Shown: piece by piece, positions 1 to 9,814 of the stretch
Position numbering within the stretch: position 1 is the stretch's first letter
Layout: each line of letters begins with the position of its first letter
NCBI GenBank assembly: GCA_037720745.1
Contig: JBBJNS010000003.1
Span: 1 to 47,118, forward strand
Origin: Candidatus Limnocylindrales bacterium
GTDB lineage: Bacteria > Chloroflexota > Limnocylindria > Limnocylindrales > CSP1-4
Direction: 5' to 3'
Length of the DNA stretch: 47,118 nucleotides
Made by a program: the position numbers and the translations under genes
The notes under the pieces: model-generated
The model's input: only the letters and a program-made list of their open reading frames with translations
Databases searched by the model: none
Told to the model about the DNA's origin: nothing

Positions 1-307
1 GTACGAGCGGATCCATCGCTCCAATCTGGTGGGCATGGGCGTGCTGCCACTCCAGTTCCTGGCTGGGGAGGACGCTGCGAGCCTGGGCCTCAAAGGTCGC
101 GAGACGTACGACATCGAGGGCCTGGCCGACGGCATCGTGCCGCGGCAGACGATCACGGTGCGCGTGACCGACGCTGCCGGCGGCGGGGCTCCAGGCGGGC
201 AGCGCACGATCCAGGCCATCTGCCGGCTGGATGGCCCCATCGAACTCGACTACTACCGACAGGGCGGCATCCTGCCGGCCGTCCTGAGGCGCCTCGCCAA
301 GGACTGA
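1..307 (+). CDS. acnA: Aconitate hydratase, C-terminal swivel domain (5' end lies outside the window)
   Basis: Frame from base 2 reads [19 protein letters not shown]...[11 protein letters not shown], the AcnA C-terminal motifs; TGA at 305-307. Confidence 0.93.
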   Translation, partial: YERIHRSNLVGMGVLPLQFLAGEDAASLGLKGRETYDIEGLADGIVPRQTITVRVTDAAGGGAPGGQRTIQAICRLDGPIELDYYRQGGILPAVLRRLAKD

Positions 308-407
308 GCTTTGGCGAGGCGCCGACATCGGGCGCGTCGGTCATCCTTAGGGCAGCCGCACAGCGGGCCACGCGCCCACGGCGCGGCCGAAGCCTTCGCC
401 CCCACCC

Positions 408-2378
408 GTGGAACCGCCCTTGACGCACGAGCCGGTCCTCATCTCGACCATCGCCATCGGGCTGACTGCCGCCTTCATCGGCGGCCTGCTGGCCCGGCGC
501 CTGCGTCTGCCCGCCATCGTCGGGTATCTCATCGCGGGCATGGCCATCGGTCCCTTCACGCCGGGTCTCGTGGCCGACGAGGCGATCGCCACGGAACTGG
601 CGGAGATCGGCGTGATCCTGCTGATGTTCGGCGTGGGCATCCAGTTCTCCTTCCGCGACCTCCTGGCCGTGCGTTCCATCGCCGTCCCCGGCGCTATCGC
701 CCAAGTGGCCGTGGCGACGCTGCTGGGCGTGCTGCTGGGGGTCGGGCTGGGCTGGGGATTGGGCGGCGGCATCGTGCTGGGCCTGGCCGTGTCGGTGGCC
801 AGCACCGTGGTCCTGCTCCGCGCACTCATGGAACGGAACGAGCTCGACACCCCGCAGGGACGCATCGCGGTGGGCTGGCTCATCGTGGAAGACATCTTCA
901 CGGTCGTCATGCTCATCCTCCTGCCGACTATCGCGCCCCTCCTGGGAGGGCATGCGGCGGCGGGTCCACCCGGCGAGTTCGGGCCGCTGGGGGAGATGCT
1001 GCTGGCGGTAGCGAAGGCAACCGTCTTCGCCCTGCTGATGGGCATCTTCGGCATCCGGGTCGTGCCCTGGCTGCTGGGCGTCGTGGCGCGAGAGGGTTCC
1101 CGCGAGTTGTTCACGCTGGCGGTACTGGCGCTTGCGCTGGGCATCGCCTTCGCCTCGTCGGCCGTCTTCGGAGTGTCCTTCGCCCTGGGCGCGTTCCTGG
1201 CCGGCGCGGTCGTCTCCGAGTCGGACATGAGCCACCAGGCGGCGGCCGACGCGCTGCCGCTGCGTGACGCCTTCGCGGTGCTCTTCTTCGTGTCAGTGGG
1301 GATGCTTCTCGATCCGGCGTTCCTGCTGGCACAGCCGTTGGCCATCCTGGCGGTCCTGCTCCTCATCGTGGGCGTGAAGTGGTCGACGAAGTTCTTCATC
1401 GTGGCCGCCTTCGGGTATCCGCTGCGAACGGGCCTGACGGTGGCCGCCGGACTCGCCCAGATCGGCGAGTTCTCGTTCATCCTGGCCTCGCTGGGCCTTA
1501 CTCTGGGCCTGCTCCCGGTGGAGGGATTCCAGCTGCTGGTCGCCGGAGCGCTCCTGTCGATCACCATCAACCCGCTGCTCTTCGGAGCCATCACGCCCAT
1601 CGAAGCACTTCTGCGCCGCCGTCCGCGGCTGGCGCGACTGCTCGAGCGCCGGGCGGGTGCCCTGGCCACACTGGAAGGCGGCGCTGGAAAGGAGCCCCTG
1701 CGGGGCCACGCCATCCTGTGCGGCTACGGAAGGGTCGGCCGGATGATCGCCTCGGCGCTGGAGCGGCGCGGGTTCCCCTACGTGGTCATCACCCAAGATC
1801 GGCGCGAGGTCGAGTCGCTGCGCGACGATGGCCTCGCGGCGCTCTATGGCGATGCCTCCAACCCGGAGCTCCTGGAGCAGGCAGGCATCCACGAGGCGCG
1901 GACCATCATCGTGGCCATCAGCGACCCTCATGCCACGCGGCTCGTCGTGGAGCGCGCTCGCGCCGCCAACGAGCGCATCTCCCTGGTGGTCCGCACGCAC
2001 AGCGATGCGGAGGTATCGCACCTCCAGACGGTCTCGGGCAACGTCCAGGCGGTCCACGGCGGCCGGGAGCTCGCGGTGCAGATGACCCGCTATACGCTGC
2101 GGCGCTTCGGCGTGAGTGCCACGGAGGCCGAGGCCATCGCGCAGGGCTTGCGACGCCGGGGTTCCGGTGAGCCCCACATCGACCGGCGGCCCCGGTCGGG
2201 CGGTGGCCGCTCAACGATCGCGCGTCTGGTCAGGCGCTCCCGTCGGGCTGCTTCACACGATGAGATCGAGACGGTCATCGACGACGCCGCACCAGAGGAC
2301 CACGGCATCGCTCATCCTCATCGAGATGCCCTTTCCACGAAGACGGACGTGCGCGGGGATCCGGTCGCCCGACCCTGA
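408..2378 (+). CDS. CPA2-family cation:proton antiporter (YbaL/RosB/Kef-like) with TrkA-N (RCK) domain
   Basis: Many TM segments (LAEIGVILLMFGVG, ALGAFLAG, LAQIGEFSFIL) followed by the Rossmann motif ILCGYGRVG and YGDA. Start is GTG 408 or TTG 420. Confidence 0.9.
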   Translation: MEPPLTHEPVLISTIAIGLTAAFIGGLLARRLRLPAIVGYLIAGMAIGPFTPGLVADEAIATELAEIGVILLMFGVGIQFSFRDLLAVRSIAVPGAIAQVAVATLLGVLLGVGLGWGLGGGIVLGLAVSVASTVVLLRALMERNELDTPQGRIAVGWLIVEDIFTVVMLILLPTIAPLLGGHAAAGPPGEFGPLGEMLLAVAKATVFALLMGIFGIRVVPWLLGVVAREGSRELFTLAVLALALGIAFASSAVFGVSFALGAFLAGAVVSESDMSHQAAADALPLRDAFAVLFFVSVGMLLDPAFLLAQPLAILAVLLLIVGVKWSTKFFIVAAFGYPLRTGLTVAAGLAQIGEFSFILASLGLTLGLLPVEGFQLLVAGALLSITINPLLFGAITPIEALLRRRPRLARLLERRAGALATLEGGAGKEPLRGHAILCGYGRVGRMIASALERRGFPYVVITQDRREVESLRDDGLAALYGDASNPELLEQAGIHEARTIIVAISDPHATRLVVERARAANERISLVVRTHSDAEVSHLQTVSGNVQAVHGGRELAVQMTRYTLRRFGVSATEAEAIAQGLRRRGSGEPHIDRRPRSGGGRSTIARLVRRSRRAASHDEIETVIDDAAPEDHGIAHPHRDALSTKTDVRGDPVARP

Positions 2379-2506
2379 CGCGCCAGCATCGGCGTGGACG
2401 GGCTCGTCGCCCGGCTCGCTTGCCGCCCTCGTCCTGTCTGACCCTGGTCTTCCCTGCCAGATGTGCCACCCGCGTGACGTGAGGCCGTGTCAGCCGCGGA
2501 TCTTTG

Positions 2507-2538
2507 CGTCAGATGTGCTCGCGTTTGCACATCTGACG
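2507..2538. repeat. 12-bp perfect inverted repeat (CGTCAGATGTGC-N8-GCACATCTGACG) between convergent genes; possible terminator or REP-like hairpin
   Basis: Arms at 2507-2518 and 2527-2538 read directly; no U-tract. Confidence 0.6.
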
Positions 2539-2685
2539 AGAAGCATGACGTTGTCGCAGCCTGGTTGGCGCGGCAGTGCCCAGTGTCCAGGACGCCATCT
2601 AGCCCAAGTGCGTGGCGGGAACATATGTCCTGGAGTCGATCGAACCGGCGACTCCACCGGCGGGCGTCCCCGCTCCGCGCGCGAT

Positions 2686-2733
2686 GCCAGGCCTAGGAGC
2701 TGACGGCGACGCCAGGCCTAGGAGCTGACGGCG
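2686..2733. repeat. Direct repeat of 23 bp (25-bp period) spanning the catalase stop codon
   Basis: GCCAGGCCTAGGAGCTGACGGCG at 2686-2708 and 2711-2733. Confidence 0.9.
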
Positions 2734-4313
2734 CCGGCAGGCTCGCGCTGTGGCTCGCCCTGGGAGGCGACCTGGTCCCCTTGTTCCTCTGGTGCCGGCA
2801 GGCCGATACCCTCCGCGACGCGACGCCCGAAGTCCGGATCGCAGCGGTGGAAGTGCGTGACCATCGCCTCCTGCACCGGCCGGACACACTGGGAGAGCGC
2901 ATCGGTGAGGTTGAGGATGAGATCCTCGCGCTCCCAGTCGGGCATGGTGCGGTAGCGATCGCCCGCCTGGCCGTAATCGTTGCGGCGCTGCAAGTGCTGC
3001 CGACCGACCTTGCCCTCGACCCAGGGCTGATGCTCGGGACCGATGTCCTCCGCCTCGGGCAGCCCACCGGTGATGGAGGGCTCGTAGTTGACGTGCGGGT
3101 TCGTGCCCGTGCCGTCCACGTGGTAGCTCATCTGGCCGCCGCGCTGGTTGGTGCTCGGCGCCGTGACCGGAGCGTTGATGGGCAGCTGGAGGTAGTTCGG
3201 GCCGACGCGGTAGCGCTGGGTGTCGGAATAAGAGAAGGTGCGCCCGACGAGCATCTTGTCGTCCGAGAAGTCGACGCCATCGACCAATACGCCGGTGCCG
3301 AAGGCAGCCTGCTCGTTCTCGTTGTGGTGATCGCTCACGTTGCGGTCCAGGACCATGCGGCCCACGGGCAGCAGGGGGAACTGGTCCTCGGGCCAGATCT
3401 TGGTGTCGTCGAGGGGATCGAAGTCGAGCTCGGGATGCTCGCCGTCCGACATGATCTGCACGCAGAACTCCCACTCGGGGTATTCGCCGCGCTCGATGGC
3501 CTCATAGAGGTCCTTGGAAGCGTGGCCCAGGTCCGTGGCCTGGATCTCCGCCGCCTGTGCGGCCGTCAGCGACTCGATACCCTGCTTGGTCTTCCAGTGG
3601 AACTTGCACAGGACCGCCTCGCCCCCTGCGTTGACCAGCTTGTAGGTGTTGACGGCGGCGCCGTCCATGTGGCGGTAGTCCTTGGGGATGCCGCGCGGCG
3701 AGAAGAGCCAGGTCAGCATGTGCATCGACTCGGGCGTCTGGCTCATGAAGTCGAAGATGCGGTTGGGGTCCTGGCGGAAGGTGATCGGATCGGGTTTGAG
3801 GGAGTGGATGACGTCGGGGAACTTGATGGCGTCCCGGATGAAGAAGACCATCAGGTCGTTGCCCACCAGATCCCAGTTGCCATCCTCGGTCTTGAATTTG
3901 ACGGCGAAGCCACGCGGATCGCGTGCCGCTTCGGATGAGTCGCGCCCGCCGATGACCGTCGAGAAGCGGATCACCACCGGCGTGCGCTTGCCCTTCCCCT
4001 GGAGCAGCTTGGCGCGCGTGTAGGTGGAGGCCGGCTCGTCGCCGATGGTGCCGTAGGCCTCCAGGTAGCCGTGCGCCACGAAGCCGCGCGCGTGCACCAC
4101 GCGTTCCGGGATGCGCTCCCGGTCAAAGTGGCTGATCTTCTCCAGGAAGTGGTAATTCTCCAGCGTGGCGGGACCCCGGTCACCGACCGTGCGCTGATTC
4201 TGATTGTCGTATACCGGATGGCCCTGGCGGGTGGTCAGGTGACGAGGGGCGGCGTCCTGCTCTCCGCGGCCATCGCTATCGCTCTTGGGCGAGCGTCCGT
4301 TGTCATCGGTCAT
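2718..4313 (-). CDS. Monofunctional small-subunit heme catalase
   Basis: [16 protein letters not shown] (distal His), [10 protein letters not shown] and RTFSYSDTQ (proximal Tyr). Start set at ATG 4313 (MTDDNG) because the longer ORF runs through the tRNA. Confidence 0.95.
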   Translation of the reverse strand: MTDDNGRSPKSDSDGRGEQDAAPRHLTTRQGHPVYDNQNQRTVGDRGPATLENYHFLEKISHFDRERIPERVVHARGFVAHGYLEAYGTIGDEPASTYTRAKLLQGKGKRTPVVIRFSTVIGGRDSSEAARDPRGFAVKFKTEDGNWDLVGNDLMVFFIRDAIKFPDVIHSLKPDPITFRQDPNRIFDFMSQTPESMHMLTWLFSPRGIPKDYRHMDGAAVNTYKLVNAGGEAVLCKFHWKTKQGIESLTAAQAAEIQATDLGHASKDLYEAIERGEYPEWEFCVQIMSDGEHPELDFDPLDDTKIWPEDQFPLLPVGRMVLDRNVSDHHNENEQAAFGTGVLVDGVDFSDDKMLVGRTFSYSDTQRYRVGPNYLQLPINAPVTAPSTNQRGGQMSYHVDGTGTNPHVNYEPSITGGLPEAEDIGPEHQPWVEGKVGRQHLQRRNDYGQAGDRYRTMPDWEREDLILNLTDALSQCVRPVQEAMVTHFHRCDPDFGRRVAEGIGLPAPEEQGDQVASQGEPQREPAGAVSS

Positions 4314-4348
4314 GAGGCGTGCTCCGTCGTGCGGCCGGGTGCCGGGAG

Positions 4349-4425
<77 letters not shown>

Positions 4426-4458
4426 CGAGCGACACCCGGCGCGGCGGGCATCGTGCTC

Positions 4459-4488
4459 ATTATCCGTGCTGACGGCCGGGAGCGTCAA
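4459..4488 (-). promoter_or_regulatory. Sigma70-type promoter for tRNA-Val, possibly reading into the catalase gene
   Basis: TTGACG (4483-4488)-N18-GATAAT (4459-4464) on the minus strand, 33 nt upstream of the tRNA. Confidence 0.6.
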
Positions 4489-4597
4489 CGAGCCGTCGGC
4501 GAGAGTCGCGGTGCGCTCAGCGTGATGCCCGGCCAGCGCGCGGGTGGGTCGACCCGGGTAGCACGACCGCTCGGATCAAAGGCAGACCTCAGAGCGC

Positions 4598-4840
4598 TCA
4601 AACCACGCGCATCAGCACGCCCAGCACGAGGAGCAGGACCAGTGGCGCGAAGTCGAACATGCCGGTCTGCGGCATGACCTTGCGCACCGGCGCCAAGAGC
4701 GGCTCCGTGGTCTCGAAGAGGAAGCGCGAGACGGGGTTGCCGAACTGCGGGTCGACCCAGCTCACCAGCACCCGGCCGAGGACCACCAGCCAGAGCGCGA
4801 TGACGAAGAAACGGAAAAAGACGGCCAGGAATTCGGGCAT
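4598..4840 (-). CDS. yggT: YggT/YlmG family membrane protein
   Basis: RVLVSWV...TEPLLAPVRKVMP...FDFAPL motif, located after yggS and ftsZ. TACACT 7 nt before the ATG suggests a leaderless start. Confidence 0.9.
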   Translation of the reverse strand: MPEFLAVFFRFFVIALWLVVLGRVLVSWVDPQFGNPVSRFLFETTEPLLAPVRKVMPQTGMFDFAPLVLLLVLGVLMRVV

Positions 4841-4859
4841 GGGCGCGAGTGTATCGGGC

Positions 4860-4888
4860 CGCGGCTGCGGGCTCGGGCCGCAGCCGCG
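4860..4888. terminator. GC-rich hairpin downstream of yggS
   Basis: CGCGGCTGCGG-N7-CCGCAGCCGCG is a perfect 11-bp stem without a U-tract. Confidence 0.45.
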
Positions 4889-4931
4889 ATCCGCCTGGCC
4901 GCGGCCGAGGCTCTGGCGCTGACGGTCCCGC

Positions 4932-5657
4932 TCAGGTCAGGGGCCGGTCCCCGAACAGCGCGCGACCGATGCGCACGAGCGTGGCGCCTTCCTCAACGGC
5001 CACCTCGAAGTCCTCGCTCATGCCCATCGACAGCCCCTCCCCCAGCCGTCCATCCCTGGCGCGCAAGCGCTCGGAGAGCCGGCGCAGGCGCGCGAACGTC
5101 GGCCGCGCGGCCTCAGGTCGGTCGCCCAGCCGTCCGATGGTCATCAGGCCGACCACTTCCAGGTTGGGTAGCGCCACCAGCTCGTGCACCGCCGCAGCGA
5201 GTGACTCAGGGCTGAAGCCAGCCTTGGAGCGCTCCTCATCGATGTTGACCTGGAGGTAGATGGGGTACCGCATGGCGCGGCCCGAGTCGGTAGCTGCGCG
5301 GTCCAGGCGTCGTGCCAGATCGATGGAGTCCACGGAGTGGATGGCGGCGAAGAGGTCGACGGCGCGGGCGACCTTGTTGCCCTGCAGACGACCCACCATA
5401 TGCCAGGCGGCACCAGGCACCGCGAGGATCTTCTGGGCGGCCTCCTGGACGCGGCTCTCACCGAGCGACCCCAGGCCCGCCTCTACGGCGGCAGACAGCC
5501 GCGTCGCTGGCACCCCCTTTGAGACGGCCAGGAGCGTGACCTCGGCAGGGTCACGTCCGGAGCGCTGACAAGCGTCCGTGATGCGCGCGAGAACATCTTG
5601 CCTGGCGGCGGCCAGGGAAGTGCGAACGCCGGTCAGCGACTCGTGCGGGTCGGTCAG
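4932..5657 (-). CDS. yggS: YggS/PLPBP pyridoxal phosphate homeostasis protein
   Basis: [20 protein letters not shown] and [23 protein letters not shown] motifs. Start uncertain: CTG overlapping the ftsZ stop at 5657, or GTG at 5783. Confidence 0.9.
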   Translation of the reverse strand: MTDPHESLTGVRTSLAAARQDVLARITDACQRSGRDPAEVTLLAVSKGVPATRLSAAVEAGLGSLGESRVQEAAQKILAVPGAAWHMVGRLQGNKVARAVDLFAAIHSVDSIDLARRLDRAATDSGRAMRYPIYLQVNIDEERSKAGFSPESLAAAVHELVALPNLEVVGLMTIGRLGDRPEAARPTFARLRRLSERLRARDGRLGEGLSMGMSEDFEVAVEEGATLVRIGRALFGDRPLT

Positions 5658-6970
5658 CGGTTGCGGCGCAGGAATGCCGGTATATCGAGGTCCTCGACCT
5701 CCTGCTGAGCGGCCGTGCGACGCGACTGGTCGTTGCTCTGCCCGCGGACGTTGGTGGCCTGATCGCGGCCGGAGGCCGTCCACCGTGAGGTCGCCGGGAC
5801 CGTGTCCGCCTTGCCCAGGTTGCCCGACGTGCCCGCCTCGGATGGCTCGTCTGAGGCCGTCTCGAGGACCGGTGCGGCCTCTCCGTTGGCTGGCACGGCG
5901 GCAGCGGCGCGCTGCTGCTCGAGCTCGCGCATGAAGTCGCGATTGTCCCGCCCCGCGCGGACGGCTGTCGAGTCATCCCGGGTGGTCACCACGGCCGGCC
6001 GCTGTGTCTCACGCTTGCGCGCGGAGTCGAAACCGGTCGCGATGACGGTGATCATGACATCGTCGCCCATGCGCTCGTCGATGACCGTGCCGAAGATGAT
6101 GTTGGCCTCCGGATCGGTCGTCTCCTTGATGATCTCAGCGGCCTCATCCACCTCGAAGAGGCCCAGGCTGGCGCCGCCGGTGATGTTGAAGAGCACGCCC
6201 TGCGCGCCCGCGATATTGGTCTCCAGCAGCGGGCTGGCGATGGCCATGCGGGCGGCATCCGTGGCACGGTTTTCCCCGCTGCCGCGGCCGATGCCCATCA
6301 ATGCCGAGCCGGCGTCCTTCATGATCGTGCGCACGTCGGCGAAGTCCAGGTTGATCAAGCCGGGCACGGTGATCAGGTCGCTGATGCCCTGCACGCCCTG
6401 CCGCAGCACGTCGTCCACGACACGGAAGGCGTCCACGATGGAGGTGTCCTTGGAGACGACGTCCTTGAGCCGGTCGTTGGGGATGGTGATGAGCGTGTCG
6501 ACCTTGTCACGCAGCTGTTCGCTGGCCTTCTCCGCATTGAGCCGGCGCCGCGCGCCCTCGAAGCTGAACGGCTTGGTCACGACGCCGATGGTCAGGGCGC
6601 CCAGATCCCGGGCGACCTCAGCGATGACCGGCGCCGCGCCCGAGCCCGTGCCACCGCCCATGCCCGCCGTGATGAAGACCATGTCCGAGTCGCGCAGCGC
6701 CTCGGCGATCTTCTCGGAGTCCTCCTCGGCGGCCCGCTGGCCGATGCCCGGGTCACCGCCGGCGCCCAGGCCACGGGTGAGCTTGTCGCCGATGCGGATC
6801 TTGTGCGAGGCATCGGACTGGAGCAGCGCCTGGGCGTCCGTGTTGACGGCGATGAACTCCACGCCCATGAGCTCAGCGCGGATCATGCGGTTGACGGCGT
6901 TACTGCCCCCGCCACCGACGCCGATGACGCGGATCAGCGCGAAATTCTCCGAATCCGACCGCAACGGCAT
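5654..6970 (-). CDS. ftsZ: Cell division GTPase FtsZ
   Basis: [11 protein letters not shown], tubulin signature [16 protein letters not shown] and C-terminal peptide DLDIPAFLR; GGAGGG RBS before ATG 6970. Confidence 0.98.
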   Translation of the reverse strand: MPLRSDSENFALIRVIGVGGGGSNAVNRMIRAELMGVEFIAVNTDAQALLQSDASHKIRIGDKLTRGLGAGGDPGIGQRAAEEDSEKIAEALRDSDMVFITAGMGGGTGSGAAPVIAEVARDLGALTIGVVTKPFSFEGARRRLNAEKASEQLRDKVDTLITIPNDRLKDVVSKDTSIVDAFRVVDDVLRQGVQGISDLITVPGLINLDFADVRTIMKDAGSALMGIGRGSGENRATDAARMAIASPLLETNIAGAQGVLFNITGGASLGLFEVDEAAEIIKETTDPEANIIFGTVIDERMGDDVMITVIATGFDSARKRETQRPAVVTTRDDSTAVRAGRDNRDFMRELEQQRAAAAVPANGEAAPVLETASDEPSEAGTSGNLGKADTVPATSRWTASGRDQATNVRGQSNDQSRRTAAQQEVEDLDIPAFLRRNR

Positions 6971-7146
6971 CCGACGTCCCTCCACTTGTTCCGAGCTACT
7001 TCGAGAGTGTCTGGACAGACCGGCCGAGCGCTGGGGCGATGGTCCAGCCGATCATGTGTTGGCCCGGAGTATAGCCCCCAACCTCGGGCCGGTGTCCCCT
7101 GGATGCTGCCCCCCGAGAGGCGCGTACGCGCCTCTCCGGTCGCCCG

Positions 7147-7575
7147 CTACGACCCGCTAGGCCTGGTGTCAGGGTCCGTCAGGAAGCTGAGGCGCACGGT
7201 ACGGGTGGCGTTGTCGGAGTTGGGGTCGAGCAGGGCGATAGACTGCCACGTGCCCAGCCCGAGCCTGCCCTCCATGACCGGAACGACCAAGGAAGGCGGT
7301 GCCAGAAGGGGCAGGACGTGGTCGGCGCCATGGCCTGGCGATCCATGTCGGTGGCGCCAGCGATCGTCGCGCGGCAGCAGCCCATCAAGCGCCGCCATGA
7401 GGTCGTCGTCCGAGCCCGCTCCGAGTTCCACGATGACCAGCCCGGCCGTGGCATGCGGCAGGAAGACGTTGAGCAGCCCGTCCCCGGAGCCCGCCACGAA
7501 CCGAGCGCAGGCCTCCGTGATGTCGGTCAGGCCGCGCGAGTCGCCCGTCCGTACCGAGATCTCCCGTTTCTGCAT
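7147..7575 (-). CDS. yjbQ: YjbQ/UPF0047 family protein
   Basis: PHATAGL, HRHGSPGHGADH and LGTWQSI motifs. Confidence 0.88.
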   Translation of the reverse strand: MQKREISVRTGDSRGLTDITEACARFVAGSGDGLLNVFLPHATAGLVIVELGAGSDDDLMAALDGLLPRDDRWRHRHGSPGHGADHVLPLLAPPSLVVPVMEGRLGLGTWQSIALLDPNSDNATRTVRLSFLTDPDTRPSGS

Positions 7576-7589
7576 GCCACGCGGTCGAC

Positions 7590-8843
7590 CTACGGGAAGA
7601 GGCCGCGCATCCAATCGCGGAACCGCCCCAGCGAGCCGCCCGCGGGGGCCGACTCGTAGCGGCCCGGCTCCGTCTCGGTGACCACTCGGGCGCCCCACAG
7701 CAGCAGGCCGATGGAGGTGCTGTAGGCCGGCTCCAGGAGGTGGTCCGTCAGGCCGCCGACGCCGCCGGGCGAGGCCACGCGGACGGGCATCTTGAGCACC
7801 TCGCGGCCCAGCCCGGCCGCCCCCGCCAGCTGTGAGGCGCCACCCGTCAGCACCAGCCCGGCGGGCAGCCGCCCGGCGTGTCCGGCTCGCTCGATCTCCT
7901 GGCCCATCTTCTCGAAGAGCTCGCGCATGCGCGCCTCGATGATGTCGGCCAGCTCGCTGCGCGGCGCCGTGCGGTCCTCCCCCTCCCCGATGAGCTCCAC
8001 GGTGACCTCTTCGTCCTCACCCACGCCGCTGGGATCGGCCGTACCGTGGCGGATCTTCATGTCCTCGGCGGCGATGAGGTTGGTCTTGAGCCCGATGGCC
8101 ACGTCGTTGGTGACGTTGTTGCCGCCGATGGGCAGGACCGCCGTGTGCAGCGGCGAGCCGTCCATGAAGAGGGCCAGGTCGGTCGTGCCGGCGCCGATGT
8201 CGGCCACGGCCACACCCAGCTCCCGCTCCGTGTCAGAGAGCACGGCTTCGCCGGCCGCCAGCGAGGAAGCCACCAGCTCATCGATGCGCACGCTGGCCAT
8301 GCCCACGCACTTGGTCAGGTTCTGCACGGCGGTGGCCGAGGCATGCACGATGTGCGTCTCGACCTCCAGCCGGATGGCACTCATGCCCAGGGGATCCTTG
8401 ACGCCCTCCTGGCCGTCGACCACGAAGCCGCGCGGCAGCACGTGGAGGACCTCACGATTGGAGGGGATGGTCACCGCCCGGGCGACCTCCGTGGCCCGAT
8501 CGACGTCCTCTCGACTCACCTCCCGACGCGGCCCGCTGACGGCTACCGCACCGCGCGAGTTCTGGCTCTCCACATGCGCACCGCCGACGCTCACGAAGGC
8601 CGACTCGAGCTTGTAGCCGGATAGCCGCTCCGCACTCTCGATGGCGCCGCGGATCGACGAGACCGTCTGGTCGATGTTGATGACGACGCCCTTCTTGAGG
8701 CCTGACGCCGTGGGCGCGCCCTTGCCGATGATGGTCAACGCGCCGTCGCGGGTGACCTCTCCGATCAGCGCCACCACCTTGCTGGTGCCCACGTCGATGG
8801 CCACCAGCACCGCTTCTCGCTCCACTGCTCCCCTTCCCTGCAT
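7590..8843 (-). CDS. ftsA: Cell division protein FtsA
   Basis: IDVGTSKV, GLKKGVVINI, DIGAGTTD and VLTGGASQL motifs. Alternative start GTG 8825. Confidence 0.96.
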   Translation of the reverse strand: MQGRGAVEREAVLVAIDVGTSKVVALIGEVTRDGALTIIGKGAPTASGLKKGVVINIDQTVSSIRGAIESAERLSGYKLESAFVSVGGAHVESQNSRGAVAVSGPRREVSREDVDRATEVARAVTIPSNREVLHVLPRGFVVDGQEGVKDPLGMSAIRLEVETHIVHASATAVQNLTKCVGMASVRIDELVASSLAAGEAVLSDTERELGVAVADIGAGTTDLALFMDGSPLHTAVLPIGGNNVTNDVAIGLKTNLIAAEDMKIRHGTADPSGVGEDEEVTVELIGEGEDRTAPRSELADIIEARMRELFEKMGQEIERAGHAGRLPAGLVLTGGASQLAGAAGLGREVLKMPVRVASPGGVGGLTDHLLEPAYSTSIGLLLWGARVVTETEPGRYESAPAGGSLGRFRDWMRGLFP

Positions 8844-8907
8844 GACGGCCGTCACACCTTCCCGGCGCGGCGGCCCAATCGTGGCAGATGCCGGGCATGC
8901 CCGCGCA

Positions 8908-9810
8908 TCACGGCCGCCCGGACGGCGTGGCATCGCCGCGGCGTCCCGACGGAGCAGGCGCGGGGGACGGCGAAGCTTGTGGCCGGAAGGTACCGCAGGC
9001 GTCGTCGGCGAGCGACAAGGTGATCTCGGCGAACGTCTGCTCCTCCGAAGCGAGCAGCGCCTGCAGGCACGTCAGCTGCTCCTGGATGGAAGCGGGCGGC
9101 CGCGATCCGAGCGTGTAGTAGCCGAACACCGCTCGCCAGCCAGCATCGGACGTCAGGACCCAGCCATCCTCGTCGACCACGGAGAGCGCCAACGTCGCAC
9201 CATCGCTGCCCAGATGTCCCGGCGTCACCGCACCCAGCAGGCGCGCGACCTCGAGGTCGAGTGGCGGGATGAGCTCGCCGGGAGCCATCACCGCCTCAGC
9301 CTGGCCGCCGGTCGCCAGCGTCCCGCTGCGCTGGTCGTCGATGAGCGGGGACTCCTCGGCCAGGGGTGCCGGGGCGAGCACCACCCCCTCCACATCGACC
9401 AGCCATCGTGCGCCTGCCTTGCCCCACTGGAGGATGGGCACGCGCTCTTCCACGGCCACGTGCAGCTCAGCGGGCAAGCGCGCCGCGACGCGGGCGGTAC
9501 GCACCGTGGGCAACGTCATGAGCGCTGCCTCCAGGCGGGCCGTGGGCAGGTGAAAGAGGTTGGGGTGCGCTCCCTCCTCCAGGCCGAGGGCAACGCGGGC
9601 GGCGGCCGGATCGGTGTAGCGCAGCCCCGCCACCTCGACCGAGCCGGGATCCAGGGCAAAGGCGGGCGACGTGGTCAGCCCGTAGAGCGCTGCGCCCGAG
9701 AGCAGCAGCACGAAGGCAGCGCCAAGGCGGATCCGTGTGAAACGCGAGGAGGCACGGCTGATGGAGCGTCCGCGGCGCGCGCTGCGAGGCTGCCTGACGG
9801 GTAGCGTCAC
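8908..9810 (-). CDS. ftsQ: Cell division protein FtsQ/DivIB-like (single TM plus POTRA)
   Basis: Basic N-terminus, one TM, then LPTVRTARV...LPAELHVAVEERVP...WLVDVEGVVL; lies between ddl and ftsA. Confidence 0.8.
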   Translation of the reverse strand: MTLPVRQPRSARRGRSISRASSRFTRIRLGAAFVLLLSGAALYGLTTSPAFALDPGSVEVAGLRYTDPAAARVALGLEEGAHPNLFHLPTARLEAALMTLPTVRTARVAARLPAELHVAVEERVPILQWGKAGARWLVDVEGVVLAPAPLAEESPLIDDQRSGTLATGGQAEAVMAPGELIPPLDLEVARLLGAVTPGHLGSDGATLALSVVDEDGWVLTSDAGWRAVFGYYTLGSRPPASIQEQLTCLQALLASEEQTFAEITLSLADDACGTFRPQASPSPAPAPSGRRGDATPSGRP

Positions 9811-9814
9811 GGTC

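Noticed and set aside
2501-2516. Third parS-like site (TCTTTGCG...)
   Set aside because: Only an 8-bp half match and not palindromic; it belongs to a different hairpin.
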